The notes under the pieces are model-generated. The model worked only from the letters and a program-made list of their open reading frames with translations, was not told where the DNA came from and ran no database searches. From Octopus vulgaris (lineage: Eukaryota), in NCBI GenBank assembly GCA_951406725.2, contig OX597817.1, positions 93,992,001 through 94,056,000 of the forward strand: DNA of 64,000 bases. The letters run 5' to 3'. Below are positions 13,157-26,794 of this stretch, in pieces (position 1 is the first letter of the stretch; each line of letters opens with the position of its first letter). The translations under genes and the position numbers were made by a program.

Positions 13157-14750
13157 GGAGGGGGTTTATGTTCCCACCAGTTTTTATCATGGGACAAGCC
13201 CAGGTTTTTGCAAATTACCCCATGAATATATTGTGCAGCTCTATCATGCCTGTTGAGATACTCTGTAGGGGCAAGAAGACTGCACTTGGAGACAACATGA
13301 TCAATGGTTTCATTTTGTTGTTGACATACACGACATATTGGAGAGCTGCGGTTCTTTAGTATGTTGGCCTGGTAGTTTCTTGTAGATAGGTATTGATCTT
13401 GGGCTACTATGACAAACCCTTCTGTTTCTTATTTTAAGCCCAAAGCCATTAGCCATTGATAGGTAAGTGTTTTGTGAACATCGGCATTATTCGCTCTCTT
13501 TGGGTATTTGCCATTGAGAGGTTTTTCTTGCCATTTATCAGTCAGAATATCTAAGAAAGCAGTTTTAGTACGGGTTTTCATGCTTAGCTTTTTCTGCGCT
13601 TGTTTCTAGTATGTCTAATTCCGGAATTTATTGTATTTGGAATTCATTTAGATATTCCTTTGCCTGTTTTGTTACTGAGTATGATGCTTTCTTGTTTTCA
13701 TTTTTTGAGACAAGTTTTACCATCCAGGCCTCAGCGTTTTTCAGGTAGGTTTCTAGGCCAATCGTGGCAATCTTCATTGTTAATGCTAGTTGTAAAAGTC
13801 CACGGCCTCCCTCTTTTCTTGGCAGATAAAGAGTGGTGTATTCTATGAATTGTCAACAGTTTTCGTATTTTTCTGTCAAGATTACATATTTCAGTAATTG
13901 ACCAGTTAATTATATTGAAACTGTAAGTCACGACTTGTATGGCTAAAGCATTGATCGCTTCGATTCTGTCTCTTGCATTTAGTTCGGTCATAAGTATTGC
14001 GCTTACCCTGCAATAACATTCTCTTCTGATCCTTTCCTTCATTACTGAATGCCTGATTCCATAGGCTTCAAGTACCCCTAGGTATTTGTAGCTTTCCGCT
14101 GGTTCTAACTCTTTTATGACATTCTACTGGACAGGGTTAATGTTAGATGTTTCTGTCATTTTTCCTTTGATAAAGGTAGCTTTTGGACATTTATCGAGGC
14201 TAAATTGCATCCTAATGTCATCACTGTATTGTTTAACAATTGTAGTAAGCCCTTGAGTTGTTGGTCATTTTTTGCAAGGAGCTTTAAATCATCCATGTAA
14301 ATGGGATGATTTATATTTTTTATCAAACATTTTATAACTGTACTGTGCATCATTGAGCAATTTTGAGAGAGGTATTAAATATAGAAAAAAGAGGAGTGGT
14401 GACAGTGAGTCACCCTGGAAAATGTCACATGAAATTCTTACATCTCCAGCATTTAGAGATTCATTGTCACTGTTCAAAGTCAGTGAAGTTCTCCATGATC
14501 TCATACTTACTAACAAAAAGTTTCGCAGAGTAGGAGCTATTTTATACATTTCCAGACATTTCTTAATCCAGCTATGTGGTAAGCTATCAAAAGCTTTTTT
14601 ATAGTTTATCCAGGCTATCAACAAGTTTTTGTGTCGTTTGTGACAATCTTCTAAAATAATATTATTGATGAGTAGCTGATCTTTACATCCTTTTAGTTTA
14701 TTAGGGAATATGCTACTTTCTATTTAAAAAACTATAGGTATATTCAGTCG
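13157..14750 (-). mobile_element. R4/Dong LINE internal fragment, same subfamily as 55003-59635
   Basis: AWINYKKAFDSLPHSW, IFQGDSLSPLLF, YMDDLKL, INALAIQVVTYSF. Near-identical peptides occur at 57460-58231. Confidence 0.92.
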
Positions 14751-14899
14751 TCATTTTTACTTCTAATCTGCATGTTTGTGACAGTCACTTGCCGAGACAC
14801 ACCCAGGATCTTGGAACGAGTGAAGGATAAGAGATGTTACAGTATGACTGAAAGCATAGGGAGGGGAGGGAGTGAAATACCTTCATGTAACACAATACA

Positions 14900-15820
14900 G
14901 ACATTTAAATGGATAGGCTTTTTCTAAGGATGTGGGCAGTACTTGTCAGTACAAACTTTTGGATTTCTCCGGGACATGGTTCTCCTGGGATCTTATCAAG
15001 GTGTTTCTGACATCCATTTTTTATCATACCTAGCGCACCCGCAATAACAAGAACAGTTCTCATTTTAAGATGCCACATCTTTCGTATTTCAATTTCCAGG
15101 TCCTTATATTTACTTAGTATGTCATCTTCCTTGACAGATATATTAGTGTAAACGTTTTTTCTTCCCTGTCTTTAATAATTATATTTGGTCGATTATCTTG
15201 GATCGGTCTGTCAGTGTTTACTGGAACAACCCAGAAGATAGTGAAATTTTTGCCTTCAACGATTGGCTCAGGATGATATTCATGCCAGTAAACAGTGCTG
15301 ATTTCGTAGTGTTTACATATTTTGCAATGTAAATACTGTCCTACCCTATCGTGGGTCAGAACCTGGTAGTTTTTTGTGAACAAGCTTTGGTCTTATGCTG
15401 TCAATATAAAACCTCCAGTCTCTGCTTTCAGTCCTGAAATTCTCAGCCACTGATGGGTTGTTGCTTGATCTACATTAGCATTTCGACTTCGAAGTATATA
15501 CTGTCCATGCAGACGCTTCGGGCTCCATCGCACCTCAATTTGTTTCTGCCCGTTCTTTTTTTTACAGTCTGCTTGATCCATTTTGCTATTTTTGTGGAAG
15601 TGGTTTCAGGTTCTTCAACTATTTCAGGATTGTCAAGTTCCCTTGCGAATTTGCAAGCTTCCTTGACAATCGAATGTGACTTCTTGCTTCTTTCGTGTTT
15701 GCATACAAGCCGCAGCGTCAAGCCCTCTGTACTAGATAAGTACCTGTTCATTGCTACTGTTGAGGCCTTATAGGACAGTTCTACTTGCATCATTCCTGTT
15801 CCCCCATTACTTCTAGTATG
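14900..15820 (-). mobile_element. R4/Dong LINE 3' fragment
   Basis: LHGQY, THQWLRISGLKAETGGFI, HDRVGQYLH, TDRPIQDNRPNIII. Confidence 0.88.
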
Positions 15821-16058
15821 GGTGGCGAATGTTCCTTAGAAGTTGGTATTTTTCTTGACTTATTATTATTATTATTATTATTACTTTTTTTTCTTCTTTC
15901 AAATTTGCTATCATTTCTTGCCGAGTGTCTTCCCGACTCCTAGGGCAAAGAAACTCATAGTATACATTGGTAGGCCATTAAACCAAACTCAGTAGTTCGT
16001 TCATTTAAAAAAATTTTTTTTTTTAAGTTAAATTAAAATACATGAGCAGCAACAGTTC

Positions 16059-16556
16059 TCACATCGACAATGCTCTTCTCAATATGTGTGATGTACCAGT
16101 TAAGACAATCTTTTGCACTTCTTGCAGGGATGGTAAGCCAGGGATCATTCTCATATAATTTTCGGTTCCCTTCTTGATCATTCCTAGTGCTCCTACGATC
16201 ACTGGTATTATAACCGCCTTGAGATGCCACATTTTCTCAATTTCAATGAGTAGGTCTTTATATTTTCTGAACTTGTCAAACTCTTTCGCTGAGATATTAT
16301 GATCACAGGGGATGCTCATGTCGATCAATAAGCAAACTTTATTGTTTTTGTCTTTCACAACAATATCTGGTTTATTGGCCTTGATGGTTCGGTCTGTATG
16401 TACTGGAAAGTCCCACAGAATGGTTACATTTTCTCCTTCAGTTACAGCCTCAGGGTGGTGATTATACCACTTGTCGGCAGTCTTGATATTGTAATGCCGA
16501 CTTATTAGCCAGTGGAGATATTGGCCAACTCTGTCATGTCTTAATTTATACTCCAC
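16059..16556 (-). pseudogene. Restriction-like (PD..D-xK) endonuclease domain of the R4/Dong LINE
   Basis: RHD, KPD, IDMSIP, KYKDL, PVIVGALG. Confidence 0.9.
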
Positions 16557-16574
16557 TGGTGCTAAGACTTTACA

Positions 16575-17609
16575 TCAAGAGATTAGGTGGTCCACTGTTT
16601 CAATCATGTCGTTGCAGAATCGGCATTTTGGGTCTGCTCCATTTTTCATCACATTGGCCTGGTAGTTCCGAGTTAATAGGCTTTGATCTTGAGCAGCCAG
16701 GATGAAACATTCGCTCTCTGCTTTTAGCCCTGAGCTCCGTAGCCACTGATGGGTTTGCTTCTGGTCAACATCAGCTTGTTTGCTGCGGGTCACATATTTG
16801 CCGTGCAGAGGTTTCTCCTCCCACCTATCAGCCAATTGCTCGTGCGCTTTTTTCATTGCCATCATTTTCACCTTCTTTGCAACAATAGTTGCCGTACTTC
16901 CCTCGGGTTGTTCAGTTTGGGTATCCTGCATGAGATCAATAGCAAATTTTTTGCTTTCCTTTATGATAGAATGAAGCTTCTTTCGTCTCTCGTGATTTTC
17001 CACGAGCTTTAGCATCCAGTCATTCGATATTTCGAGATATTTGGCCAGTCCAATTGTGGTTGTTTTGTAAGCTAGTTCAAATTGGATCAGGCCTCGACCT
17101 CCTTGGGCTCTGGGAAGGTAAAGGCGATCTACGTCTGCCTTTGGGTGGTGCATCCTATTACAACTCAGCAGCTTGCGTATTTTCCTATCTATATTCTTTA
17201 CTTCAATCATATTCCAGTTCAACACATTGTAGCTATAAGTAACAACTGGAACTGCTAAGGAATTTATAGCTAACACCTTGTTACGTGCATTTAGTTCAGA
17301 TTTCAGGACTGCACGAACTCTCCTATAACATTCCTTCCTGATTTTCTCTTTCATGCTTGCATGCTGAATACCAGAGCCTTCATTTATCCCTAAATATTTG
17401 TATGTTTGTTCTTGCTCAAGCTCTCTTATGACTGTGTCAACATCTAACACGACTGAATTTGTGGTCTTCACTTTCCCTTTCTGGAAAGTGGCCTTGGCAC
17501 ACTTCTCAAGTCCAAACTTCATCCCGATGTCATCGCTGAATGCTTTCACGGTGCGCAATAGGCCTTCAAGTTCATTATTGTCTTTACCATAAAGTTTTAA
17601 GTCATCCAT
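16575..17609 (-). pseudogene. R4/Dong RT C-terminal half, thumb and CCHC finger (truncated ORF)
   Basis: 344-aa ORF beginning at the (Y)MDD motif, with YKYLGI and CRFC..H. Confidence 0.9.
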
Positions 17610-17702
17610 ATAAAATAGATGGCTTATTTTTTATTGGCAATTTTATACCCATACCCTGTTCTGTTTAATTCACTTGTAAGGGGTATTAGGGCTATGCAGA
17701 AC

Positions 17703-17737
<35 letters not shown>

Positions 17738-18079
17738 GAGTGAGAGAGCAGTTCATGCCATCAAAGTGACACTGGGGTAAAATATACGAAGCCCAATATA
17801 CCCATCATGACTACCCATCTGATAAAGGTACACCAGGCACATGCATCACAACCATATGTGCGCGACATGGTGATCTCATATCAAGATAAACAGCACATGA
17901 CCTTGCAGGTGGGGCCCAGTTAGAATTTTCTTCAAGTTGAGTAGCCCATCCCGCTCAAACGGTCCCTGAATAAGGGTTGTTTAAGGATGTTGAAAGAACC
18001 ACCCATGTTTCCAGAGGTGAACTATTCAAACCCCAAAGAATCCCTCTCAACACATGGCTATGATGCTCCCCCACTACTT

Positions 18080-18080
<1 letters not shown>
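17738..18080 (-). mobile_element. Non-coding (TAA)n-inserted repeat, 5'-truncated copy of the family at 59930-60483 and 62225-62670
   Basis: Reverse complement of ~60140-60483 at high identity; flanked by (ATT)n. Confidence 0.85.
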
Positions 18081-18299
<219 letters not shown>

Positions 18300-18300
<1 letters not shown>

Positions 18301-18838
18301 TTTCTCTTTATCACAGGTTTTGTTAGAGCTTCTGCAGTCGTGCATGTGTAGCGGGGTTACTACCTGCACCCTACGGTACCATGCTATTCATTCTATTCAG
18401 CTATCTAATACTTTCTTGATTATTCAGGCCATGCCAAGGAGGCAAACCTTTTGTAACAGTTCTACTGGGCACTCTATTCCAATTACCTTTATATTCCCCT
18501 TGAAGCCTTCTGATACTGTTCCCAATGACCCAACAATAATTGGCACTATCTTAACCTTGATTATTTTCCATAGCCAGGCTATTTCGTGGTTTGTGCTCAT
18601 ACCACGTCTTGCCTCTCTCTATCCCCCACTTTTCGCACAGTTTCCAATCTAGCACTTTCGCTACCTGGTCGTGTCGCCACAACTTGCCAGTCAGGCAATT
18701 CCTATTCCTTTTTCTGGTTTTAAGTTCGTTTGGGTTTTTGATTTCCCTGTGTCTTGTAGTGACTCTATCAGCTTTTAATAAACTTTCTTCAATATTACCT
18801 ACATAGGAGTCTATATGTACTGTAGCTAACTCCGTGCA
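18300..18838 (-). mobile_element. R4/Dong LINE 3' end with internal deletions (another subfamily)
   Basis: Minus strand: RHDQVAKVLDWKLCEKW ... IVPIIVGSLGTV ... LLQKVCLLG. Lies between (ATT)n and (TCT)n. Confidence 0.8.
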
Positions 18839-18979
18839 GTCTTCTTCTTCTTCTTCTTCTTCTTCTTCTTCTTCTTCTTCTTCTTCTTCTTCTTCTTCTT
18901 CTTCTTCTTCTTCTTCTTCTTCTTCTTCTTCTTCTTCTTCTTCTTCTTCTTCTTCTTCTTCTTCTTCTTCTTCTTCTTC
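18839..18979. repeat. (TCT)n microsatellite
   Basis: Direct reading. Confidence 0.98.
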
Positions 18980-20289
18980 ATTGCTGACAAAGTATACATC
19001 TTTTATAAGCTTCTCTTCAACACAGGGAATTTACTAAATGACACTCAGTTTTTAATAAAAATACTCAGATAGAGATAACTTTAAACAATCTCTCTTATAG
19101 TAAACTGATAGAAGAAACATTACGGTTTGTGGTATTATTTTTGGGATAAAGTTCGTTAATTTTATCTCGCCCACCATGAAGAAGAAAATTGATCATGAGT
19201 ATTTAACGCAACGCGTCCCCTTCTTGAAAACTGAAAATTTAGAAAACAATGCATTCCGCACATAGAAAACAAGTAAAAACACATTACTATTTCAATTGCA
19301 GCACCAAAACTTTATAAGAAATACGAACTAAAAGAAAACACACTGAGTAGAAATCTTATGAATGACAACAGTAACATCCTCATCATCAAAGGCAACAACG
19401 ACAACAACAACAGTATGTATATACGTATCACTTCGGATGTAAACACGAGCGGCGAAGGGATTTCTTTTGCTAGTGTCCATTCAAAAACAAAGTTCAACGC
19501 AACGGGCTATCTCATCCCATATAATGGCTAGCCGTAGTATGTATTCCAAGTGAAATGCTTTAGATGGAAAGAGGAAGAGCATATGACACACTATGTGTCA
19601 TCTTAAAAGCACAAGAAGAATCCAGAGCACAAGCCCAAAGAGTTCAGGATATTACTCATAAGCTGATTCAGCAGTAATTGTGAAAGAGGAACACAAAGAT
19701 CGCCATCAGATATATTGCTGATGATGTCAACCCTCGACCAATAATCTTCTTGGCACAATAAGGGCAGGTGATTAGTGCTGACGTAACATTTAGTGATATG
19801 TGGGACCACCCCATGATCCATCAAATCTACAAAACGATACCAGAACTGTTTCCAAGGTAGACAACTCAATTGTTACACATCTAAAAACTTTCTGCGCAGA
19901 AAACCCAAAATGATAAAAAGTAATAAGAAAGCATGAACATTGTCGGTCTTAGGGTCCTCATTGCTGGAAGTGAGCCATGAGACTAAAGGTCCCTCTCCAC
20001 AGCCACAACTAACGGAAACAAGGAGTGTCAATTACACCAAGAAAAATAATAACAACAGCTTACACGAAACGACTAGGAAGTTTTTCCTCATAGCGGCACC
20101 AGTTTAATATGAAGAACCAAATAGAAGCCGATAGGGAAAAGTAGACTTCTTAAAAAGGAAAAAAAGAAAAGCATTTAATGAAAAAGAAACACACCCAAAT
20201 ACTAATGCAGGTGTTATCAAGGAAATGGAGTATATTCGTTAACGAAAGTAGAGGTTTAAATTTTATAAAACACTTGTCCTATTCATTGA

Positions 20290-20470
20290 GTGTTTTATCT
20301 TTATCTTTTATATGTTCCAGTCATATGAATGAGGCCATGCTTGGGTACCCCCTTGAAGAGTTTAAATCGAACAAACAAACCTCCGTATTTATTTTTTAAA
20401 ACTTTGAACTTATTCAATTGGTCACTTTTGTTGAACCGCTAGATTACGGGGACGTAAACACAGCAACGAA
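20290..20470 (-). mobile_element. Diverged SINE 3' fragment
   Basis: ggccatgcttggg..cc.ccttgaag ... gaaccgcta..ttacggggacgtaaacac. Confidence 0.65.
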
Positions 20471-20689
20471 CTATTATCATACTTTTTAATTTATCTCCAC
20501 GTAAATGTTTGTTACATATTCTATATCTTTCACTTCTTTTATCGTGTTTGTATAACTTTCATGTTTTTGTAAGCCTAGTGTTTAACAATAACATTGTATT
20601 TTCTGTATCTCTCCGAGGCCTTATTGTTGTTGTCTTGTTGATATTATAGTCGTTGTTGTTGGTGTTGTTGTTCGTTTTGCACTTCCTTT

Positions 20690-21530
20690 TTGTATTCTGA
20701 AGGTCCTGAGGCGCTACAAGGAAGATGACACTTAATTGACAACACTTGTAAGTTTGTGAGCTGTTGCCCAGTACAGTTGTTAAACTTGTTCATTCTCTTC
20801 TCCATGAGTTCTGATGCATATTCCACATATTCCACATTCCGTTGATTTGGACCCACAATACTTTGTATTCGGTCAGCATATCCAAACTTTCATCGAGGTG
20901 TTTCTTTAGGAAGATATTGCAGCATTGATTACTAAACACCTATTTTCTTTCCTTTCCTCGATGTATGTCAGGTTTTTAATTTTAGCCTATGGATACTGTA
21001 GGTCCTTTGCTAGTTCCAGGCAGCCAGAGACAATGTGGTTCATAGTTTCTTCATATTCTCTCCAGATCCTACATTGCAGATCACGTGGATGTGATGGTAA
21101 CGTGCTCTAGTTGCAAGACTCCCAACGTGTGCCGCGGTTATGAGATCTGCCGTCTTTAAACCACCGGTGTGTCTTTACTTAGTCCACATCTATATGATGC
21201 ATCCGTTTATGGTATTTCCCATCCTTTACCACGCCGTCCTATTTTTTTATACAATTGAAGCAAGCCATGGCGTTTTGCATTCTATTTGATTTGTGTTTTG
21301 GCATAAATGGTTGTCACTTCATTTTCTATTGGTGGAGTTTCTGGAGTCATTAAACGCTTTTTTGAAATACCTTGCGTCGTCCTCCACTAAGTATTTAGGA
21401 TGCTTTACGATTCGGAGAAGCGTGGCTTCTGTTTTTGTCAGTTGTGCGACCATCTTAGTAGTGGTATTCCTGAAGGTCACAAGAATAGATAGTAGAAGGC
21501 AAAATTGGTAGTGCGATTTCATCTACTCTT
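20690..21530 (-). mobile_element. Old, degenerate R4/Dong LINE 3' fragment
   Basis: Minus strand: CRIWREYEETMNHIVSGCLELAK; GKYHKRMHHIDVD resembles the HG.Y motif of the other copies. Confidence 0.7.
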
Positions 21531-22786
21531 GAAATGTTCATGTTTGTCATCTATAGTAAACTTAATATTTTTCTTTCAATATTTTCAGTGTCTTAAGAGT
21601 CCCTCAAAATCTTAACAATTCTTGTGTAATGCGTGTCATGTTCGAAAGAAAAGGTTGAGCTGAGAAAAAAAATTATATTAAGCTTATTTATATGCAAAAA
21701 CTAAGTGTCAAAAGTTAAGTATAAGTAATGTAAACTGTTTGATTGATTAATATATGATGTTCCTAAGGCAACTAAATATATACGCCAGTACATAAGAGTT
21801 TTATAAAGAAGATACAAGCATAACATTTGCCAGGATTGGCTGTCAGCAAGCATGTTTTCCGTACGTTTTATTATTATGCATTACACAATGCGTTAGTGGC
21901 CGCGAGATATTTTGAGATCAAGATTTAGACTTAATCTTCACTGACCTAAAACCACTGGAGATAATCAAAAGAGTTCATTATAATAATCTATTATTTTTTC
22001 AATCTATCCAATTGTTATTTGGTTCATTTTTTGCTTTCAGTCTTCTTGTATTGTTTATCCGATCATTTTATTCATTCGTGATTCTTCTGAATTCCTTCGG
22101 CTCCTCAGAAGTTTATAAGCCCTTACGCAATGGAATATCTCTTGAGTATGGATGTCAAAGTATTGTAACATAAGAAAGACATGTAATTGCCCTTTGATTT
22201 GTTGTGGGAGTCGTCCATGTTTCTATATCACTTACATTGAAGTTATATCCAGAAATCGATTCTTGTTGACTTCCTGGTATTCTATTCTCTCATGACTTTC
22301 CTTATATGTTCTACATGCTGTACCTTCTTTATCTCCCTGTTTTACAATATGGTTTCTATTATATTTTTACTTACAATAATATACTGAATTAGTGTTTTTT
22401 AGTATATCATTAATATACACCATATTACTCTGTTAGAACATATTTATCTCTCCATAAATATGTTAATGCATGGCTTTCATTATAACGTTCACTGTAACAT
22501 CACCCCCTAAATGCGTTAATAGATAGCCTTTACTATATTTTCTACTGTAATATATCTCCATATATTTCTGCAAGTACGCCTTCCAACTGCAATATATTGC
22601 AATATATGTGTTAGTAAATGGCTTCTATTATATACTATTCTTCACTGTCGTCCTAACAAAATATCCAAATACGATTGCAGAGGACGTCTCACAGTGGTTT
22701 TCTCAAGTCTACATTTTCGTATCCGAGTAGTTCAATCAATACTTAATTTATTCTCTTCATACAACAAATATCACCACTATGTTTCT

Positions 22787-23388
22787 TATTTCTTTATTGC
22801 CCACAAGGGGCTAAACATAGAGGGGACAAACAAGGACAAACAAAGGGATTAAGCTGATTACATCAATCCCAGTGCGTAACTAGTACTTAATTTATCGACC
22901 CCGAAAGGATGAAAGGTAAATTCGACCTCGGCGGAATTTGAACTCAGAACGTAAAGATAGACGAAATACCTATTTCTTTACTACCCACAAGAGGCTAAAC
23001 ACAAAGAGGACAAACAGGGACAGACAAACGGATTAAGTTGAGTATATCGACCCCAGTGCGTAACTGGTACTTATTTAATCGATCCCGAAAGGATGAAAGG
23101 CAAAGTCGACCTCGGCGGAATTTGAACTCAGAACGTAGCGGCAGACGAAATACCTATTTCTTTACTACCCACAAGGGGCTAAATACAGAGGAGACAAACA
23201 AGGACAGACAAACGGATTAAGTCGATTACATCAACTCCAGTGCGTAACTGGTACTTAATTTATCGACCCCGAAAGGATGAAAGGCAAAGTCGACCTCGGC
23301 GGAATTTGAACTCAGAACGCAGCGGAGGACGAAATACCGCAAAGCATTTCGCCCGGCGTGCTAACGTTTCTGCCAGCTCGCCGCCTTC
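22787..23388 (-). mobile_element. tRNA-derived SINE in a tandem array (one head, three 184-bp bodies)
   Basis: Units start at 22787, 22971 and 23155. Head GGCGGCGAGCTGGCAGAAACGTTAG (A box) at 23386-23362. B box GAGTTCAAATTCC in each unit. Confidence 0.92.
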
Positions 23389-24265
23389 ATCACTATGTTT
23401 CTGTCGGCCACTGATCGTGTGATGTATATAATGTGGTGTAGATAACGCTGTACTGTATATATGTATTGTTTATTTTGAAAACCTTTGCTATGTCACGTTT
23501 CCTCATCTCGAGGGATCACTTCCAACTTACATTTTCGTTACTCTATGGCTCAGTAACGGGTAAAGAAGGTTGTTTCAATGATTTCTAAAGGACACACAAA
23601 TGGAGCCAAATGTGCCGCTGATTAAAAGGAAGACACATGGAATAAAGTATTTCTTAATAAATTATTGTTGAAAAACAACATTGCATCTTTATGATAGGAA
23701 AACAAATAGTAATACAACTCTGAGTTATTGGAGAAATCTGACTATAATTGTTTGATAAATTAGTTGTTGAAATACATCAGGGTTATTGTTTATTATTTAG
23801 GTCATTATCAGTACTATCATTACCACCACCGCCTCCACCACCACCACCGCCGCCACCACCACCGCCGCCTATTCTTTACTGGAAAGCAATACTCTCGTAT
23901 TGCATTACTATTTTCATTGAAACTTCTTCACTGTTCTCGCTCTGTTAACGTTTTGGTGTTCAGACGAGTGTACTGGTATAGACGTGGCAACATTTGAAAT
24001 ATTGTTGAGGTTTATGCAGCTGATGAGGATAAATACGATTGGCATTCGTATTTTGAAAAATCCGAAACCGGTACTGCATTATCCGTTATCTAGGTTTTTC
24101 ATTTTTCAGATGTTTTTCCTAGAGGTAAGACAATTTTTTTCATGTTTGTTGCACACACGCATCTTTACTAGTACATACGCAGTGAAGCTATACATTAGCG
24201 TCGTATTTATTACGTTCGCTATTTCCAGTAAATATCGGTACTTCGTTGTACCATTTATTTACTTT

Positions 24266-24306
<41 letters not shown>

Positions 24307-24355
24307 AATACTAAATTTCTAAATCTCTCGTAGAGACATGTACGGTGGTGGGGTG

Positions 24356-24690
24356 ATAGAATGGTTGTGTACTGTCAATCTAACACGAACGTGACAGTAG
24401 GGGACTTCACTGAAATTTAGATATATACATTGCGAGTCGAGACAGATATCGTCAGCTGACCGGTGTTTGCTACTCTAGGCCGACGAAGGACAACCATCCT
24501 GAAACACGTTACCCTAGATGCAGCCCCGGGTGGCTGGGGGTGTTTGTCTCCCCTTCGTAAATGTATATAAGGACACAGGAAAAATGTGTCAAAGCCATCA
24601 GGAGGCGTCGATGCTTCCTAGGGCTAAACAGCGGTGGTGTACCCCCTACTGTCACGTTCGTGTTAGATTGACAGTATACAACCATTCTAT
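24356..24690 (+). mobile_element. Short element with 48-bp terminal inverted repeat and an internal hammerhead, next to (TA)n
   Basis: Inverted repeat 24356-24403 / 24643-24690 with one mismatch. HHR: TCTAGG CCGACGA AGGA caacca TCCT GAAA CACGT TA C CCTAGA (24474-24518). Confidence 0.8.
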
Positions 24691-24714
24691 ATATATATAT
24701 ATGTTTTATGTTTA

Positions 24715-25090
24715 TGTTTTCCAGTTTCAGCTCTTGAGCTGTGGCCATGCTGGGGCACCGCCATTAAAATTCACGTATATATATATGAATATATATATAT
24801 ATATGTGTGTGTGTGTGCGTGCGTATATGTGAGTGTGTGTGTGCGCGTATTTGTGCGTGTGTATGTATGTATGTATGTATGTATGTATGTATGTATGTAT
24901 GTATGTATGTATGTATGCAAGTAAAAACAAACACATGTACACGCGCACAAATGTGGAACGAGATTCAGTACAGTTCTACCAAATTCAATTTATAAAAGCT
25001 TGGTCATTAAGAGATCCTCCGCTACTTGCAAATAGTGAAATCGAACCTGGAATCATGTGACTGCGAAGCGAAATTCTTCAATATACTTCC
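24715..25090 (-). mobile_element. Degenerate SINE or LINE-tail pieces interrupted by microsatellite
   Basis: gtttcagctc..gagctgtggccatgctggggcaccgcc at 24724-24762; B-box-like atcgaacctggaatcatgtga at ~25040. Confidence 0.55.
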
Positions 25091-25265
25091 GCTCCGATGT
25101 AACAAATATTGCTTTTTCCTTTCCTGACTCTCTCAGAATATCTTTTCAAGATTGATGAATTGAAAGCTAATGTTCTTGTTCAGATATACATATGTTCCAA
25201 ACTGATATACATATAAAATTTATCCTTCATCAGATGAAGTGCCCTTGTAGGATGTGTGTGTGTGC

Positions 25266-25335
<70 letters not shown>

Positions 25336-26794
25336 CCACGTCTCATTCACACACAACAGAGACATCACATGATAAACCTGAATTGATTCCTAAACGAAAA
25401 GCTTCCTCCAGTACGACCATGCGATCTTGTATCTTTTCAGAGTGAAATAACTCAAGCACAGTGTATATCAAGAAAGCACCTCTCTGAACATGCGGGGCAC
25501 TCAGCACTTCCACAGTCGTTCCAAATGCTAGGCTTCGCACAAACTCAAACACACCCATCCACGCACGTATACATTGGGGAATAGGCAAAGCGTATGACCC
25601 TTACCGGTCCTTGGGACTGGTGAGACTGATGTCGTTAATGTTTAAACTGTTGCAGTAGGGAGAAAATTCTAGGTCTATGTTCTGGGGAAGGAAGAGGAAA
25701 AAAACAACACGCTTGTGTGCCAGAAGCTGGAAAGTGTTTGGAGTGCTAATCAGCCGTGTGCTAACCAGTAGTATGGCTGATTAGCACGTAATCTGATATA
25801 TGCGTGCAGAGGCACAAGATTGTTCTCCTAAAGCAAAGAACTGAAGCAGTTTTCCCCAAAACTATTCAACCACACCAGCATAATCAACTTTCTAAGTCTT
25901 CATAAGATTTGTCAGAAATGAGAATCAAATCTCCTTTATATCTCACCATACACTCTTTTGAACAAAATACTCTTTGGATAGTGTCGTCAGCTTTACATTG
26001 TGTCCGAATAAAATAAAGGGTTCATAGCTGGATTGCCTTTCTATATAGGTTTGTTAATACATAGAGGAACTGTGCCAAGCCAACTACGAAAACAACAATT
26101 CAATTTCATGGGTGAACATTCTGCTTGATGTTATAACAAAAATATGTAAAATCCCATCATTTATAGAGGATACATCGCAAGGATCCACGTTCGACATGAT
26201 AGAAATAATATCCAAGTTTCATCATCTCATATTTTATCCTCTAGAATAATGACCCTCTTAACTATACCTCAAAATTAATGTGAAATAGGATTCTTAGTGC
26301 CGAATTGCTTTTGGCTATAGTCAGCTGATTAGGGTTGACCAAGGATAAAGATCAGTAGCAACAGCAGTCCGCCTGTAAGAGAGAGAGAGAGAGATTCTTC
26401 GTTTCACACCTTATTGTCTTAAAAAGGTAACAACACACTGGATGTACGATTCCTGACGTATATAAAGAAGGCTGCATTACCTTTAATCAAAATATGACCA
26501 TTTGATAGACGAAGGCATGACGGAATGGTTAAATTCTTTGAACAATTTTAAGTTCCATACCGATGACACTCGGCAGCGTCATTTTAACAACTCTCTAATT
26601 AGAATCATGTACGGCTTTCAGTTGCAATCGAGAACTACTTTGATATATATATACAAATACACCGAGAGAGAGAGAGAGAGAGAGAGGTGATAAGAGAGGG
26701 GAAGAGAGTAAGAAAAGTAGGAAGAACGAAAGACAAACGAATACAGTTAAATGCAAATAAAATAAATCCGGGCGAAGTTTCGCATGTCGTAGAT

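Larger units (their letters stand above)
15885..17700 (-). mobile_element. 5'-truncated, relatively young R4/Dong LINE flanked by (TAA)n on both sides
   Basis: Long ORFs 16575-17609 (MDDLKLY...CRFC...ETVDHLIS) and 16059-16556 (RHDRV, KPDIVV, IDMSIP, K..KYKDL), separated by a single stop. 3'UTR at 15885-16058. Confidence 0.95.

Noticed and set aside
19300-20080. Possible decayed LINE ORF1 or gag-like region (also 29690-30240)
   Set aside because: Only a vague zinc-knuckle-like trace; too degraded to call.
22787-23388. CRISPR-like or tRNA-gene array (also 6568-6835)
   Set aside because: Units are contiguous tandem repeats without unique spacers in eukaryotic DNA; A/B boxes belong to SINE heads and no cloverleaf is evident.
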